Part shown: one piece after another, positions 11,671 through 23,031 of the stretch | How the letters are laid out: each line of letters begins with the position of its first letter | Numbering within the stretch: the stretch's first letter is position 1 | Assembly: GCA_032718475.1 (NCBI GenBank) | Contig: JAUCBJ010000877.1 | Coordinates: 1-64,000, forward strand | Direction of reading: 5' to 3' | Source: Nemertoderma westbladi | Lineage: Eukaryota; Animalia; Xenacoelomorpha | DNA length: 64,000 nt | Notes under the pieces: model-generated | Told to the model about the DNA's origin: nothing | Seen by the model: the letters and a program-made list of their open reading frames with translations, nothing else | The model's database searches: none | Position numbers and translations under genes: made by a program

Positions 11671-13935
11671 AAAAGATGTTCATTAAAATACCCCCTTAGT
11701 GCGTTGTATGCCTTAGTGCTGTGTGTTCAGATATAGGTACCACGGCGTTATAAAAAAAACTCTTATATGAAGTTTAATAAACTCGATTTAGGTAAAAATA
11801 AACAACACAGCGTAAGAGGAACGTGTGGAGAAAAAATCAAAGACAAATTGTCATATACTTTCTTGAAAAAACCTGTGAGATTGAGCGGTTATACTTGTAT
11901 ATAGCATAGCATCTGTATTGTATAGTTCTTTGAGGAAATATAAATTTATAGTTAATTTCTGATTCGGGTGGGACTACAGCGACACCACAAAACTCGTGAC
12001 ACACTTTATGAAAGTACAGCACCTTCAATAATTTTCAAATGGTAAACAAATTTAATTTAAACAGAGATATTTAAAATTATAAGATCATTTTGTTAGATCT
12101 ACATATAATTGTAATTGGTTGTATAAAATTCGGAAAATATTGATCCTATTATTTTCAAAACTTGTTTGCACGAAGTTCGCAATTATAATTTTATAAATAT
12201 TTATTTACACTAAATTAGGGTTCTACCAGGGCTTACATGAATAGACAACCAGTGTAATATATTGGCCCAGGCGTGGGTGGGGTTCATAATGAAAGTAAAT
12301 GTTATGAGATTAACTTAAATACGCAGACTGTGTTGATTCCCCTTAATCGTTTTAGGTCAAAAAATATTCAAATAATTTAATTTTGTTTATATTCAGACTC
12401 AGTATAATTACGTACAAATGAAAAATTACTCAGAAAAATATGGAGTTGATTACAAATTTTCATAGAAATTTCAGAAATTTTGCACATTAATGCTAGTAAT
12501 CGCTCTTAATCATATTACTCACTTGGGATGTATTCGTAATTGTGAAATAACTTTAAGAATAACTCTTATTTTAACTATTAAGAAAAACTTTTAAGGTTTA
12601 AATCCTAAATAGTTGTAAACCTGATATGATTAACCACTTTGACAAAAACTAATTTTAGTTAATTTTTTAGAAATATTTTATGATCGTATATATATTTCGC
12701 ACAGGTAGATAAGCTAATGAGCATAGAAAAGGTTTTATAAATAAATAAATTCTACTGGGTGCTGATGTAATTTAAATGTATACCGGTATCATTTGTTTCT
12801 AATGTATATCCCTACAGGCATACATTCACCGGCATACACTTAGAGACTTAGAGACAAATTGTGATATTTGAAAAGTGATGTAAAATGCAGTGCAGCTGCA
12901 GTGCACATTGTGTAGTAAAATATATATTTTTTAACTAATGAATGGGATGGTCTGTTATTTGGCTTAGAAACGGGCTGGTTTTATACTAAAATAAACAATT
13001 TGAAATCAAAAAATTTTGCATTGCCCATTTTTATAGATTATCCAAATCGATTATTTTAGACATAGCATAGCAGCATCTTCGTATATAATACTAATTGTAA
13101 ACAATAACGAGCAATGTCTCTAGAAATTTTGAGTTTTAAAGGAGCCATGTCCATATTAAAAGATATGGCAACCAAGTCTTGTGTATCACTTTTGGTGAAC
13201 AATTAATGATATCCATCATCATTAATGAGAACCGTTATCATTAATGAGAACCATTAATACGAACCGAATTTACAGTTACTAGTTGGCCGGAAAAACAATT
13301 GAAATAGTAGATTAAATATATAAATGAAAATATATTCCCAAGAGGTTTTACGAAATTGAGATCTTTAAGTAAATAATATGACAAAAATGTCAAATAAATT
13401 ATGTAAAGAAAGATTGTTGGAGTCGATAATCCTCATTGGCCCGACAAATAATTGAGTATTGACGGCAAGGTGATATAAAATACGCAATGTCGTAGCGAAA
13501 AATAGATTTACATCGAAACGGGAGAGAAAATAATATCGCAACAATTCCGTTTCCATAAACGATGTTATCGCAGAAATAAATAATTGGATATGAAGAATTG
13601 GATAATAAATTAATTGTGATCTATTATTATACGAGTGACTTTCACACTTCTACTAAATTACTTTATAAATTAACTTTAAATTGTTCGTTTAGGAAATATA
13701 AAACTCAAAGATTTAAAATTCGGCTGTTTGAAAATTTCCTTTACATTCGGAAATCTATAAAATGTGACGGGAAAAACAAATGGCTGTCTGAAACAAATCC
13801 TTAGTAATTTTTTTATAATAAATTAACAATTTTTACAGCAAATATTTTATAATCTATTAAATTAGTCAGCGGTTCAATGAAGGAAGGAATAATTGCTGAA
13901 ACTGCAGCGCTAGAAGGTGAGCGACAGGAAGGGAT

Positions 13936-16900
13936 TCAACTCCTAGCGGGTGGCGGGGGTGGTAACGACGGTGGGGGAGGGACCGCGGGTAAACCGGAGG
14001 AGAAACTCGTGGGATCGAAGAGTAAACTCGGTCCGTCTGCAGTCTCCGGGGGTCCGAGTTCGCTAAGGTCCATCACCATTGGGACGGGAGGTAACGTAGG
14101 AGGTACCAGGGCGACGGGAGCAGCTGATGCGGAACCGGGTGGTGGTAGAGACGGAGGAGGCAGTGGGAGAGTCCCGGTTGGAGGAGTCCCGCTCCCGAGT
14201 ACGTCCACGTATCTCCGCGCCCCGCTCAACCTCCCGGTACCGCCAGGCGTCGCCACCCGGGTTGCCAAGGCGACCACCGGGGGCGGGGCCACCGCCTCCA
14301 CCACCAGCTGATCCTCGACCGGTATATCCCTCCGCAGCCACCGTTTGTGTCTCCCATCGTAGTAAAGGAGTTTATCAGCGTCGTTGTCGTCCGGGAGATG
14401 AACGTCGCCTTTCCGGTTTACAATCGAGAAAACCGACTTGATGACTTTACTGAAACGGGACGGAGTGACCTGGTTGGTTGCCGGGGTTGGTTGCCTGGAT
14501 ACGGGGTTGGGGGGAGGCAGGTCGTCCTCGCTGAAGGACCGTCGACTGCTGGTCCGACGACGACGGCGGCTGCCTATCGTCGTCTCCGATATGGTGCTAC
14601 TGCAGGCGGGAGAGGCGCGGCCATCTCGTGGTTGTTCCGTCCAAACGACATCGGACGAGAAGGAGATGCGCCCGGGGGACTCGGGGGCGAGGGAGTCTGG
14701 GTCGGACGGCTGGCGGGACAGCTGGACACGAGACGGGAGGGGAGGGACCACGTCCGTATAGCTCGTCGGTTCAACAGAGTCAGCGGATTCCTGGTAACTA
14801 TTTGGTTCTATAGAATCAGTTTGGGGGAGAACAACGTTGGCATCGTTTTCTATCTGTGTTTTAAAATGGAATATATTGTTACCTCCGAGGATAGCGTTGG
14901 TTTCCCCGCCCGTCGCATCGGGTCTATCCGCGATCGAGTAGCCCAACACCGATACCTTTGAAGCATTCTCGGTGTGTTCTCCGTCGCTGGAACTCCCACT
15001 GTCCGCCCCTTGGAGCCCTTGGATGCTGGCCATCTGTGTGGGTAGCAGTCCACGGACCCCCTCCAACCGGTACAACCACGATAGGTCGGAGTCCTCTGGG
15101 TAACCAGTGTACCAACGCAGTCTGTCGGAAAGGTCGTACACGCGGTCAATAAACGACCAGGGATAAAAAGCAGGGAAGTTAATAATGTTGAGAGCGATCT
15201 TTTCTAAGTATTTAAGGGCTGTCGCTGGGTTGTCATGTGAGACAAGATGGATCACATAACGCCATCTGTAACTTTGATCTATATGATAGAGAGAAAAACC
15301 TGGGTTACTTAACGCTATTGCGTATTCATATAACTCCGTTAAGTATAGCTGACTCCATGAGCCATCAGGGTACACGCCTTGGCCTAATACAACCTGGTCT
15401 AACGAGGAATCCCTAATCACGCCGCACAACTGGGCCGCCGCAAAGTAACCGCGAGTTCTAAGATGGTCAGCTAATGTGGTCAGAGACTGATTGAGAAACG
15501 CGGGTTGCTGACTATTGGAGAGTACCATGGCGAGATGGTTCCTCCAGGCTGAGTGACCAAACTCGTCGCAGACACTGAGCGCCGGGGGAGGTTTGCCGTA
15601 GAGCGAGTGATAGCAAGTGTTTAGGGTATCATTGGCCGGCACGTTGGCTATGAACCTAGAGTAAACACGATCTCGGACCGCGGACGGCATAAATGAACTT
15701 ATGAGCAACGCGTGGTCCCACAGATTCGCGTTAATCGCCGTTTCTATAGCCTCCTTGTGACGACCACCAGACAGATGGGATCGGACTCTCTCCAGAGCCG
15801 AGTGGTCTGCACTGCGACTGGAGACACGAGATGATGATTGGTCGTCCCCAGTTACGGAGGAGACTGCTGACATAGTAGCCGAAGTACTTGCATCCTCTAG
15901 GCCTATAAATGCCACATCGAATCTCAATAAGTCTGTTATCTCTCTAGTAAGAACTGTTCCATTCTGTCTTATCAACAACATAACATATTGCCAAAGTAAC
16001 TTTATACCATCTCTATCAGCAATATCATCAGCCTGACTTATCGCTCTCAATTCGTCTTGACAAAATCCCAATATCTCATGACAATCAGAAGAATCTCTAA
16101 AGAATGGGCCGGGGTAATGGAAACTAGGAGCTGAGAGATCCATATCACCAACTACCTCCAATGTAACATGAACAGACGATCTAGTTTCATGGAAATCCAA
16201 ATCGTTGTCTATCACTCGGATCAATAGACCATTTGGCGCCAGTCTAGCCACAAAAGGAATGTTCGGTACCAATGCAATTTGTTGATCAACAGCAAGTGGT
16301 GTGTCATGTTGAACAGATTGGAAGGTTTGTTGGTAAGTGGGTGTTGTAGGTTGGGGGAAGTCATGACTGAAGTCATGAATAAAAGAACCTTCAGTCCCAT
16401 AAGGTCGTGATAGAGCATCAGATGGTGCAACACCCATAGAGAAAGGGGTAGAATGCGATGTTGAAGCTGGTGCACGTTGCTGGTAATCTTGTGGAAGTGG
16501 TTGATAAGGTTGTGTCGGTGCAACTGCTGGCATATAAGTGGGAAACTGGCCCCCTTGTACTTGGCAATATGCCAAATATTGTTGGTGGTACCGCTGCATC
16601 AAGTCCATTTGCATGCGCCACATCCGGTTCTGGTAGTGGTACATATCCTCATCGTTGGGATCCCCACCTTCAGTGTAGGATTCGCTGCACATGGTGTCTG
16701 TCTCCGATTGAGTTATATCAGCCCCGGTGCCAGAGTGCCTGGAATGAGTCGTCCTCTTCCGGCTCTTATGCTTCCGCTTTGCTCCACTTTCCTCTGAAGT
16801 ATAAGTCGAGGAACTGCTTCTACGAGATCGATTGTTCCAGGAAACGGTGGATGATAATCCAGATTCACTATTGGGAGTCTCTGATTCAGACAATGGTTGG

Positions 16901-19900
16901 TGCCGATGACGACGATGGTGGCGGCGGTGATGTTCATTACCATGAGAATGACTAATCCTAGACATCTTAGTAACAGCTCCTTTGTTTGGCAAAGATGTAT
17001 TGGGAGCAGGATTAGCATCACCATCCCCATCCGTCCACCGTGATGGCTGACTCATTTCACCCTCAACATTTCTATCAGATATTGTAGATATATCAGCACT
17101 ACCTCTGTCCAATGAGCTGTGACTGTGTGGTGCACTGCTAGCTTCGTCCATGTCCTCTTGTGTTTGACCATCAACAACTGCCCGAGCACCACTGCTTGTG
17201 GATGATGGTGTGGTCTCTTGTGAAGTGACACTGTGTCTGAAGCCACCTTCTGTAGTCATTCTCACCATTAGGTCATCCTGTATAGAATTGTTACCCATAC
17301 CGGTAGGTCTTAATGGTCTGTGATCTCTACCTGAGACAAGAACGTTATCCATCAGAATGCCATTAGCATTTGTAACTGGAAGCACTTGCCCCTGAATGTT
17401 ACTACGCATCAGAGGTGATCGTTGGTGCTGGAGTGCAGACAATGGTGAAAAATATGGAGGAACAGAAATATTCAAAGGCCCCGATGTAGATATCATTAAC
17501 AAACCAGATGGCTGACTCTCGCCTTCTCCAGTCTCTCGTTGCATACCATCAGAAGCAACAAGATTTCCAATTGGTGTCCCAGAATCACTAGTTTCTCCTT
17601 CCAAGTCCTCACGTTCCGGGAGATTGTTGTATTGTAGTTCAGTAGGGGGGTTAGTATTAGGGAATAATGGCTGTAATTGTGAAGGCTGTTGACACTCACC
17701 ATCAGCATTAGGCCGAACTTGACTGCCAGGATTACATGTCTCTATTGTGGATGGAATTGTATCCGAAGCTGAAACTAGTTGATTATCTGACATGATAGGG
17801 ACTGAAGAACTCAGCATTCTATCATTGTTATGAGGCCCAATACTTTCAGCATGGGTAACCTCCTGAGAGATTACCCGGCTTTCAAAATTATTGTTGGGGG
17901 GATTCAATTTCTCAATGCTTGAATAACTCTTAATTGTTGAATTGCCTGACAAATTTTGAATTCTCCCACGCCGAGGTGATGATTGGTGGTGAGCAATATT
18001 CTGTAGGTTTTCTATTTCTCTTTCAATTCGTTTATTTGATTCAGAAATTCCTTCATAAACATCACTGAATATGGCCTCAACTGAAGCTAACGTTTCAACA
18101 GCACCATCGTGAAGCTCTGGCTCAAAAGGATCAATAGTTGGATTGTTTATAACAGGAACTGTAATTGAAGAAGATGGTTGATCTCTCGCAATATAAATTG
18201 AGTTGTTAGAAGGCTTTGGTCTAACAACCATATGGGATATACCAGTACCAACAATATCATTATGAACCGCTAAATCACCATCTATTGGACCCAATCCAGC
18301 ATTTGGCTGCTTAGTAGAAAAGTCACTTGAAATTATATTACTGGTGCTGCTAGCATTATTAGATACTGAAGCAGTATTTTGTTGGTCGTCACGGTATCCT
18401 TGAGAACTAAAATTTTCAGCAGGGTTGGTATTGGTATATGCTTTATTAGTCCTTTGTGTTTCATCTAAAGACTGTCTAGATTGGGGTATCATGTCAACAG
18501 AATTAAGTTCTGGTGATTTCACAATATATAAAGGTGGAGGCCCATTATCAGTGGTGTCAAGACTGGGTAATGTCAGATCAGGTGGGTGGCTATACACACT
18601 CTCAGAATCTAAATATCCTAAGTCAAATGCTACTGAGGATCCACTTTCAAAATGATCATTTTGAGATCTGGCTATTATATCAGGTGGGCATTCTCGACTT
18701 GGGTTAAATCTATTTGAATTCTCAATATCAGAACTACCCACATAACCATCGGCAGGGCTGCATTGCTGACCTTGTTCTCTGGGAGCACCAGAGTTGTTAT
18801 ATATTTGATCTGAATTATCTTGAAGTCCAGGTGATCGCAAACGCAAAATCCCCCTACTACCATGCGATTCAATGTTATAGGAACTTGATGATAATGTTCC
18901 GATGTTAGACATAGATGTAATTTCTGATTGAGTTTGTGGTAGGCCTAGTGGAGATAGGCTTTTGGACAGATGATGTTCATGATTTTTCTGGTAATTTCCC
19001 ATATCTTGCAGAATACTACTATCTGTAATTATCTCTGGACTTTGCAAAATTCGGTCTGCACAAGGTAGGCCTATATCTTCATCCATATGCATTCGCTTTT
19101 GTTGTTGTACCGGTACCTGTTTGATGAAGGTTGATTCAGTTACTGGTACTGAATTAGAAGTACTATGAGAATATGATATTGGCAATGGTACCGGTACCTG
19201 TGGCTGAAATTCAACATTTATATTATTATCACTTTTAGTTGGACTATTGGTTTGAACCTCGCAATTGCCTTCAATTTCTGATGCAGCAATTGAATCAGTT
19301 TCATTAATTGAAGTATGTGACGATTCCCCACTACCACTAGTACTGCTACTGCTAGAACCAGTATTGCTCTCGCTAGTTCCATCTTCATCCCACCCACTTC
19401 CACTCCACTCATTGTCCAATGCATTCCCCTGATAACTCAATGGATGTCCTTCAACTTTCTTACTATTGCTCTCCCTAGCATAAAATGAACTAGACTGTGT
19501 AACAGGATCACGATGACTTGGAAGTGGAATCAATACACTATTGGCGCAGTTTCCTTCATTGTCACCAAATCGTTTGGTACCGGTAGTATGTTTGGAAACT
19601 GAATCACCTTGAAATGGTCCATTTAATTCGGTGCATTTAATTTCATATTCAGTAACGATATCATCCGAAGTCAGGGTTGGAGGAAGGTAACCATTTTCAA
19701 CCTCATTTTCCATATTATAGGAGTCAGCATCACATGATTTGATTGGATTGGATACGTTACGGGCTAACAACTTTCCTTCTTCCCTATTTGACCAACTATC
19801 GGGAAATTCCATATTTTTATTTTGGGGCAACTTGCAAATTAAATCAGGATTAGGATCACTAACAGATGATGTGTTGGGGTGAGCTATATAATCATTAAAG

Positions 19901-22900
19901 AAAGATGAATCATTAGGGATACCAATAACATCACTTAAACTCCTGGACTGGAGTTTAATATGATCACCAGGAGTCATAACTTGTGGACTGAAGAAATTAG
20001 AGCCATCAGAAACCAGGTCATTTTCAGACACAAAATTATGTTTTTTGGTCTCCTCATTGGTGGACTGGATTGGCAATAATTGAGTTGTAGGGTTGTTGGA
20101 ATATTTAGGATTATGATATAAATCACCATGGCTTATTTGATGGTTTGATTGATGAACTACAAACTCCTGTTTGTTTTCTGGATATTCAACACTTAACATT
20201 GATTTATCAATGTTGTCATTATTTTGCCAATTACTAACTTCATCATACACAATAGAGGGTTCATTATTAGTGATGTCATCAACATTACTCTGGTACTGAT
20301 ACTGTTTGTAAGGTGAGACACCATCGGTGTCAGTATATATAGTGGTTGGCACAAGGTGCGATGATGCTATCTTAATACCCATGGAAGTATGTTGTCTTGG
20401 TGGAATTCGTATTGGGTAGACAAAAGATTCACCATGGGCAGAATGCTGAACTCCCTCGAGGATATTATCAGGTACCGGTACTGGTATATGATCTGGAAAT
20501 TGTTGTTGACTGGATTCATAGAGTGTAGATGTTTGTTCGCTATTATTTTGTTGATCCAAAACTATAGAAGAAGTTTTAATATTGTCAACATTGTTTTTAT
20601 TAACAGCACTTAGTCGGGGAAGATTTGCATCATCTTGCTTAGCAACGCATGACTCAAAAGCATTTGGGTGGAGGTTATCAAAATTCTGAGCAGTGAATGT
20701 CTGATCTCTTGGACCATAGGAAACTGGAGGTTGAATTTCAATAGACTCTCCTTTTTGATGTATATAAACATTTGAACTTACGTCTGATTGAGTACCTACA
20801 GGTGCAAAGTGAGTTGCTTGAAGTTGTTGTTGATGGAGAACAGGGTCATCTTGATATTGTGTTTGATCAACTTTGTCCTCTGGGTGATCTCTAGGATCTA
20901 TATTTTCAGGATGTTGATGTGTTACCATAGTTCCATATGGACTGTGTTGAGGTCTCTTAATCAATGACGAATTTAGTACATTATCACCATAATCCTCATC
21001 TCCAAAACTCTGTTTGGCATATTCACTAGGATGTTGTAGAACTGTTTCATTGTCAGGCTGACTCGGAAGATTTGCTTCAGCATTGGCATCATTTGGCATA
21101 TATTCAGCAGAGGTTGTTCTATAATATTGATCACTACCATAGTCTGCTTGGTATGGTATTTGTGTATCATATTTAGAATGATCTAGTGGATTATCCCTGA
21201 GTGTTGGTGAGTATGAAGCTTCATTTACCACAGAATCAGACTTATTATATTGATTGATATGATTTGTTTTATATTCTGTAGGAAATGATGTACTGGTATT
21301 TGTCTCATAATCTGAAGCATTTGGTGCATTTGATAGATATTTTCCAGCTTCTGGTAAATTTACTTTCAAGTCTGAAGGTTGCAGGAATTCAGACTGTGGT
21401 TTGTTATATGTTGGCGAAAATTCTGGGTCCCAATCAGCATGCTGCAGGGAATGAACACCAGCTTCTACAGGATGATGTAAATTATCCACACGTTGAACCA
21501 GATGTGCTTCATCCTCTTGTGAAATAGGGCAGTTTGCTTCATAGTCTAGGTTGTCAGGGTCAGGTGAATGTTCTGATTCCACCACCAGTATTTGAGGTGA
21601 ATTCGTATTGATATTGTAAGCATCATGATATGGCAAATTAGTTGAATAATCTCGATGGTCAGACTGGCCTGTTTCTGCAGCACCAAGCTCTTCCTGATAT
21701 GTTCCAAATTGTACAGACTGCAGTGGTGTGGGAAGCTTACTCTGTGGAAGAGTTGCTTCTTCTCCAATGGGGTGGAATACATTACCTACATAATCTGCAC
21801 CTATAGGTGGATTGTATTCATCACTTGTAGGATGAGATTTATCTACATTCATGGTTGATAAATATGGTTCATTCAATGAAAATTTCCCCGATAATGGATA
21901 TTGGGTTTCAAAATTATCATACTCTGGGATATGCGATGAGTTTTCTACAGATTCTGGTCTATCTGATAGAGCCTCTGCATTCTGTACTGGTTCTTGCTCC
22001 GATGCAAAACTCTGAGCATCCTGAAGATTTGCATCATAGCCTGAATGAATTGGTGGACCAGGAGATGATTGATTATGCTGATCTTGAATTCGATCAATAT
22101 TCCGCACCATATGATTGTATGCAACCTGTTGTTCTTCAGGGGCACAGACAGAAGAATAATTATCATACAACATAGAGCCGGAAGTAGCCTCACGATAGGA
22201 TTCGGAATTGAATGAAGGTGAACAGTTTGCATCTTTTCCTATATAATACTGATGGTAGCTCCCTTCAAGATCAGGTGTGGATAGTTGATTCAGACCATAT
22301 GAGTTATTGGATGTATGTTGTGATTGACTCATCCCACTGTCAATGTATCCATCACTAAACATGTCTGATTCATACGATGTTGGAAGAGGTTGATCATATT
22401 TAATATCACAAAATTCAGTCTCATTCATATTGTTTGCTTCATAACTGCCACTATTTTGAGTGGAGCCATTATCTATGGGATATTGTTGAGTATGTTGAAA
22501 AACATGCACTTGGTTCATTTCATATGGCTGTGTCATTGTCTCAGGTATATCAGAATAAGAGTTGTTATAAACACCAGCTGTTTCTGAATAATTTACATTG
22601 TAATTCGAATCAGTTTGCTCTCCACTCAAGAATTGATCACTCCCATGATATTCCTGTCTATTACTGTCACCTTGGACTGGGGTGGCAGTATATCCAAACA
22701 TATCATTTCCATTATTACCTTCAGGTTTATTGTAAGATGTACCACCATGTCCTACATTATAAGACCTGGAATTTGAATACAAACGTGTAGAAGGTGGCAT
22801 GAGATGCACAGATTGATATCCATCGAAAATATTATTGCCAGTCAAACGAGACTGTGAATTATTGTCAATATCATCACCACTGCGTACACGTCTACGCAAG

Positions 22901-23031
22901 TCAGCTGTCTCAATGCTAGGGTAAGGTTGGTAAACACCTACAGGGTTCGCTTGATAACCGCTACTGTTAACTTTACTTGCATCCATTTCATTAGTTGCTA
23001 TATAAACTGCTGCACGTTCTAAAGGCAGCAA
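13936..23031 (-). CDS. SEC16: Protein transport protein Sec16 (COPII/ER exit site scaffold); uninterrupted ORF of ~3000 aa
   Basis: Central conserved/ACE1 motifs: PFVARLAPNGLLIRV, YPGP, LLWQYVMLLIRQNG, LSGGRHKEAIETAINANLWDHALLISS, WRNHLAMVLSN, LADHL..RG..AAAQLC, TELYEYA. C-terminal motifs HLPDD..K.LYYD...KRW and RRYVDVL, a Pro-rich tail and a long disordered N-terminus. The track start is TTG; the first ATG is at 22986. The frame stays open upstream to ~23200, with a candidate splice acceptor before 23167, so the true start is uncertain. Confidence 0.93.
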   Translation of the reverse strand: MLPLERAAVYIATNEMDASKVNSSGYQANPVGVYQPYPSIETADLRRRVRSGDDIDNNSQSRLTGNNIFDGYQSVHLMPPSTRLYSNSRSYNVGHGGTSYNKPEGNNGNDMFGYTATPVQGDSNRQEYHGSDQFLSGEQTDSNYNVNYSETAGVYNNSYSDIPETMTQPYEMNQVHVFQHTQQYPIDNGSTQNSGSYEANNMNETEFCDIKYDQPLPTSYESDMFSDGYIDSGMSQSQHTSNNSYGLNQLSTPDLEGSYHQYYIGKDANCSPSFNSESYREATSGSMLYDNYSSVCAPEEQQVAYNHMVRNIDRIQDQHNQSSPGPPIHSGYDANLQDAQSFASEQEPVQNAEALSDRPESVENSSHIPEYDNFETQYPLSGKFSLNEPYLSTMNVDKSHPTSDEYNPPIGADYVGNVFHPIGEEATLPQSKLPTPLQSVQFGTYQEELGAAETGQSDHRDYSTNLPYHDAYNINTNSPQILVVESEHSPDPDNLDYEANCPISQEDEAHLVQRVDNLHHPVEAGVHSLQHADWDPEFSPTYNKPQSEFLQPSDLKVNLPEAGKYLSNAPNASDYETNTSTSFPTEYKTNHINQYNKSDSVVNEASYSPTLRDNPLDHSKYDTQIPYQADYGSDQYYRTTSAEYMPNDANAEANLPSQPDNETVLQHPSEYAKQSFGDEDYGDNVLNSSLIKRPQHSPYGTMVTHQHPENIDPRDHPEDKVDQTQYQDDPVLHQQQLQATHFAPVGTQSDVSSNVYIHQKGESIEIQPPVSYGPRDQTFTAQNFDNLHPNAFESCVAKQDDANLPRLSAVNKNNVDNIKTSSIVLDQQNNSEQTSTLYESSQQQFPDHIPVPVPDNILEGVQHSAHGESFVYPIRIPPRQHTSMGIKIASSHLVPTTIYTDTDGVSPYKQYQYQSNVDDITNNEPSIVYDEVSNWQNNDNIDKSMLSVEYPENKQEFVVHQSNHQISHGDLYHNPKYSNNPTTQLLPIQSTNEETKKHNFVSENDLVSDGSNFFSPQVMTPGDHIKLQSRSLSDVIGIPNDSSFFNDYIAHPNTSSVSDPNPDLICKLPQNKNMEFPDSWSNREEGKLLARNVSNPIKSCDADSYNMENEVENGYLPPTLTSDDIVTEYEIKCTELNGPFQGDSVSKHTTGTKRFGDNEGNCANSVLIPLPSHRDPVTQSSSFYARESNSKKVEGHPLSYQGNALDNEWSGSGWDEDGTSESNTGSSSSSTSGSGESSHTSINETDSIAASEIEGNCEVQTNSPTKSDNNINVEFQPQVPVPLPISYSHSTSNSVPVTESTFIKQVPVQQQKRMHMDEDIGLPCADRILQSPEIITDSSILQDMGNYQKNHEHHLSKSLSPLGLPQTQSEITSMSNIGTLSSSSYNIESHGSRGILRLRSPGLQDNSDQIYNNSGAPREQGQQCSPADGYVGSSDIENSNRFNPSRECPPDIIARSQNDHFESGSSVAFDLGYLDSESVYSHPPDLTLPSLDTTDNGPPPLYIVKSPELNSVDMIPQSRQSLDETQRTNKAYTNTNPAENFSSQGYRDDQQNTASVSNNASSTSNIISSDFSTKQPNAGLGPIDGDLAVHNDIVGTGISHMVVRPKPSNNSIYIARDQPSSSITVPVINNPTIDPFEPELHDGAVETLASVEAIFSDVYEGISESNKRIEREIENLQNIAHHQSSPRRGRIQNLSGNSTIKSYSSIEKLNPPNNNFESRVISQEVTHAESIGPHNNDRMLSSSVPIMSDNQLVSASDTIPSTIETCNPGSQVRPNADGECQQPSQLQPLFPNTNPPTELQYNNLPEREDLEGETSDSGTPIGNLVASDGMQRETGEGESQPSGLLMISTSGPLNISVPPYFSPLSALQHQRSPLMRSNIQGQVLPVTNANGILMDNVLVSGRDHRPLRPTGMGNNSIQDDLMVRMTTEGGFRHSVTSQETTPSSTSSGARAVVDGQTQEDMDEASSAPHSHSSLDRGSADISTISDRNVEGEMSQPSRWTDGDGDANPAPNTSLPNKGAVTKMSRISHSHGNEHHRRHHRRHRHQPLSESETPNSESGLSSTVSWNNRSRRSSSSTYTSEESGAKRKHKSRKRTTHSRHSGTGADITQSETDTMCSESYTEGGDPNDEDMYHYQNRMWRMQMDLMQRYHQQYLAYCQVQGGQFPTYMPAVAPTQPYQPLPQDYQQRAPASTSHSTPFSMGVAPSDALSRPYGTEGSFIHDFSHDFPQPTTPTYQQTFQSVQHDTPLAVDQQIALVPNIPFVARLAPNGLLIRVIDNDLDFHETRSSVHVTLEVVGDMDLSAPSFHYPGPFFRDSSDCHEILGFCQDELRAISQADDIADRDGIKLLWQYVMLLIRQNGTVLTREITDLLRFDVAFIGLEDASTSATMSAVSSVTGDDQSSSRVSSRSADHSALERVRSHLSGGRHKEAIETAINANLWDHALLISSFMPSAVRDRVYSRFIANVPANDTLNTCYHSLYGKPPPALSVCDEFGHSAWRNHLAMVLSNSQQPAFLNQSLTTLADHLRTRGYFAAAQLCGVIRDSSLDQVVLGQGVYPDGSWSQLYLTELYEYAIALSNPGFSLYHIDQSYRWRYVIHLVSHDNPATALKYLEKIALNIINFPAFYPWSFIDRVYDLSDRLRWYTGYPEDSDLSWLYRLEGVRGLLPTQMASIQGLQGADSGSSSDGEHTENASKVSVLGYSIADRPDATGGETNAILGGNNIFHFKTQIENDANVVLPQTDSIEPNSYQESADSVEPTSYTDVVPPLPSRVQLSRQPSDPDSLAPESPGRISFSSDVVWTEQPRDGRASPACSSTISETTIGSRRRRRTSSRRSFSEDDLPPPNPVSRQPTPATNQVTPSRFSKVIKSVFSIVNRKGDVHLPDDNDADKLLYYDGRHKRWLRRDIPVEDQLVVEAVAPPPVVALATRVATPGGTGRLSGARRYVDVLGSGTPPTGTLPLPPPSLPPPGSASAAPVALVPPTLPPVPMVMDLSELGPPETADGPSLLFDPTSFSSGLPAVPPPPSLPPPPPARS

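Noticed and set aside
13877-15152. Overlapping and antisense ORFs over the SEC16 3' end
   Set aside because: Expected shadow ORFs in GC-rich coding DNA.
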